A stretch of 64,000 bases of DNA from Azolla caroliniana (taxonomy: Eukaryota > Plantae > Polypodiophyta), in NCBI GenBank assembly GCA_043228905.1, contig JBHGNT010000013.1, positions 15,128,001 through 15,192,000 of the forward strand. Direction: 5' to 3'. Below are positions 61,051 through 64,000 of this stretch, in pieces. Both the position numbers and the translations under genes were made by a program. The notes beneath the pieces were generated by a model that made no database searches, had not been told where the DNA came from, and was given only the letters and a program-made list of their open reading frames with translations. Position 1 is the first letter of the stretch. Each line of letters starts with the position of its first letter.

Positions 61051-62372
61051 CAAGCATTACAAACTCTAACTAGTTTTTTTTTCAAAATTTCATAAAACTC
61101 TTATTAGGTGAGGAGAGCCATATCAATATTTAATTGAACAAGATCAAATAGATGTTTCTTTGTTAAAATATGAGGAAGAAAATTCCAAAAACAAAGCAAG
61201 ACCCACTCAATGATATTTCACAAACCTACCATCTTTAAAGAATGATGGTTATTACATGCCATATCTTATTGATGATCACTAATTCCACAATACATTACAA
61301 GGTGTATTCATAGATAGATGAAGTTTCATATCCACCTAGTACGATTAAGACAAACTTGATCATTATATGCACAACTATTGTCAAAGCTATTGGGAAAAGA
61401 ATCACTCATGGCAATTTGTATTGGTTTAATATACTAGAGACTTCATGAACCTATGTTCATGTTTACACATTCACTCTAAGTTCATCAATGCTATAGGTAA
61501 TCACCAAGGACCTATGGAATATTTAAATACGCAGTACTACCAACAAATTGTAGGAGTACCATCAACAAAAATCCTTTCGATGTACATTAAGACATCCATA
61601 TCCTTTCAATTTTTTGGATGAGGCAAGAGTTGGCTTGGAGTAATAACTCAAGACTTTATGAACCTATGTTCATGTTCACACAAATTCACTCTCAATTCAT
61701 CAAAGTTACAGGTATTCACCAAGGAGCTACAGAATAATTAAACACAAGGGATTACAAGTAAATGTGGGAGTATCATTGGCTAAAATCCTTTTGATGTAAA
61801 TTAAGACATTAAAATCCTAACAATTTTTAAATGGGTGGATCACTTATAGCTAGAAATTTATCCTAATAAGCATAAAAGCAGCTATAAAGTCAATATTATG
61901 TTAGCAGAAGTTTCAATTTGTTAAGCATTGCTTATTGCCATGGTCATTCACCCAAAGAACAAAAGAGAAACCAAAATCTAAACGACAATTTCATACTTGA
62001 AAAAGCCTATTGCACTCGAATAATGTAGAACGTAGATCCCCAATATATGTACACTCTACCCTGACAATCAACAACACCAGATTACTGTTTCACCCAAAAC
62101 AAAGATTCAAAAAGCTAGTTTATGCAATCATAAAACTAGAACCATAATAACAATACACAAGTGTTATTGGACAACACAAAAATAATATGATTAGAAGCAA
62201 CAATGATATTTAATCGAATTATTTTCCTTAAAACCATAATATTTTCAGCTTGACATTGCTTTCTTTATCATCTTGAGTTGTCTGGTGGGAATGGGAAAAA
62301 CATTGCAGATGTCCATTGCACCTTTTAACTTCCCTTCTGATTTTTTTCTGAGACCATTAGGCATTTTCTTGT

Positions 62373-63707
62373 TACTGGGCCCCCTGTCAGGGAAAACAAA
62401 CGTAAACATTTTAGTTCAAACATTGAATAGAAGAAGAAAAACATGTAGCCTTGCAGAAGTAATCAGAGTGTGTAAGCAATCAAATACCAGTTTATTTGTA
62501 TTTGAAGGTTTTGTAATTTTCTTTCTGCAGGAGAGTGGATTTGGTCCCTGCACCAAATAGAAGGAAGCTGGGAATTAATATGCATTGTTATTAAATAGAT
62601 ATGTGTGCATCACATACAGTATACCAATTGTAGGATATTGGTCATTACAGAAGGAAAAAATATAAAACACTAGCTGAGCATTACATCCACATTTTAAACT
62701 TGCAACTAGAAAGTAGCAGTTGCACTTGTAAGTTACTCCGATAGAAAATCATAACATGTTCTTGGGAACATAAATATTTAACATAACTCCACTAATGTTT
62801 CCCTATCTTCAGTGGTTTGAACATATGTATATAATTTCAGTAATTTCGCTCCATGTGAATAGGTTCAGTGCATATGCAAGAATATGTTTCCAATGATCAA
62901 TATCTTTTTGATGTACACGAAGAACAAGAAATTGCATACCTTTGCTCGTTTTCTCTTAAATTGAGGTCGATCTGCCTCCGTGTAACTCCTCTTTTTGTGA
63001 GCAGCTTTCATCTCTCTCTCTGAATCATTATTACTCTTGCTGATTAAATGGGGGTTTTGTTCCATGTCCATACCCTCTCCTACAGAAACAGCTTGTGCTG
63101 CCAATAATGCAGCCTCCTTCTTCATTTCACGTGCCTTTATGATCTTAAACTCCTTACTACTCGCACGTGATCTCTCAGCTTCACTAGCACGCGCAACAGC
63201 CTGTTGCTTCTCTGATGGGGGCTCTAAGACCAAGAAATTATTTTGTGCAAAGATGATGGGGACTGCTGGAACCTTTTGAAAGAAAACAAATCAATGGTTC
63301 AAGTTTCATTATTTGACAAAAAAGATATTTCATGCGAACATAATCAGAATCCTACTTGAAGATTTAAAGATTCAAACCATGGCTGTTTATTTAAATAATT
63401 AGAAGCACTCATGTTAACTTGCCTGCCGTAGCTTAATTCGAAGATCTGCATCCTGTGTTGAGACCCAAAAATGTTCGGGATTGCCATTTCCAATGAGACT
63501 CTGCAAACAGTCGGATGCAGACATTAGAGGTTCATGGTCACACCTGGATTATTAGGACAACCGCATCATCAATACTACGTATACAGTAATTTATTTTGAT
63601 ATATATAAATATATGAGATCACGCACTTGGCAGCGTCAAGTTTTCGGGCAAGAGAAAGAGTTTCGGAAAAGTCCTTTCCCAACTTCTTTAGTTCTGCAAT
63701 CACACAT
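62373..63707 (-). CDS. UTP23: rRNA-processing protein UTP23 homologue (PIN/Fcf1 family), 3' exons; 5' end outside the window, last exon uncertain
   Basis: CVIAELKKLG, CDHEPLMSASDCLQSLIGNGNPEHFWVSTQDADLRIKLRQ|VPAVPIIF..LEPPS, and C-terminal KRKRAK|GPNPLSCRKK. Confidence 0.85.
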
Positions 63708-64000
63708 CTGCAAGAAAGATTCTACCATGAGGATGCAAAGAAGGTGAAGTTAATATGTAGGATTTATAACCCGGAAAACATCCAGGTAGGGATCATATTC
63801 TCTTCCATATGTAGACACTTGAAACATAAAAAAGGCTGAACTAAACATGAATAGTAACTTATGAGAGCTACGTAACGAATCTGTATAATAAATTCTGTTC
63901 TAAACATACATCCATAGTACCTATTTCTTTTTACTCCAAACGTTGTTGTTAATAAAAAGTACAATGTGAAAATACTCATAATGAAAGTTGTCTCTCTTAA

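Noticed and set aside
61437-61820. Two-copy degenerate repeat with a period of about 214 bp, similar to the 213-bp array period
   Set aside because: Sequence unrelated to the transposon array; similar length judged coincidental

Overview
Eukaryotic, intron-rich land-plant nuclear DNA (AT-rich; a non-seed plant such as a fern is plausible but unproven), with a 100-N scaffold gap at 21526-21625. Host genes, all on the minus strand: KCBP/ZWICHEL kinesin-14 (4955-14410), an LRR receptor-like kinase (49568-59434) and the 3' part of a UTP23 homologue (about 62373-63707). Between them is a nested transposon block: a decayed short-LTR Ty1/copia element (21626-42958), interrupted by a 16.3-kb TIR DNA transposon (23499-39794, 27-bp GGG...CCC TIRs, 4-bp AGAG target duplication), then a 458-bp tandem repeat and a decayed LINE. 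The nested DNA transposon is the most interesting object. It encodes an apparently intact 3-exon, 813-aa Sola2-like DDD transposase and, convergently, an apparently intact spliced accessory gene of about 950 aa (TPxK-rich basic N-terminus, unknown globular domain, coiled coil, RING-H2 finger, acidic tail). It also holds a frameshifted fragment resembling a host URB2/Npa2 gene. Three sequence-unrelated tandem arrays (52, 146 and 213 bp) lie only in its non-coding DNA, and all of them, plus both subterminal regions, carry the same AGTAC(T/A) motif. This layout parallels the VANDAL/VANC anti-silencing architecture but occurs in a different superfamily and uses a putative E3 ligase; that function is inferred, not shown. 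All family assignments come from motif recognition by eye; no database searches were run.
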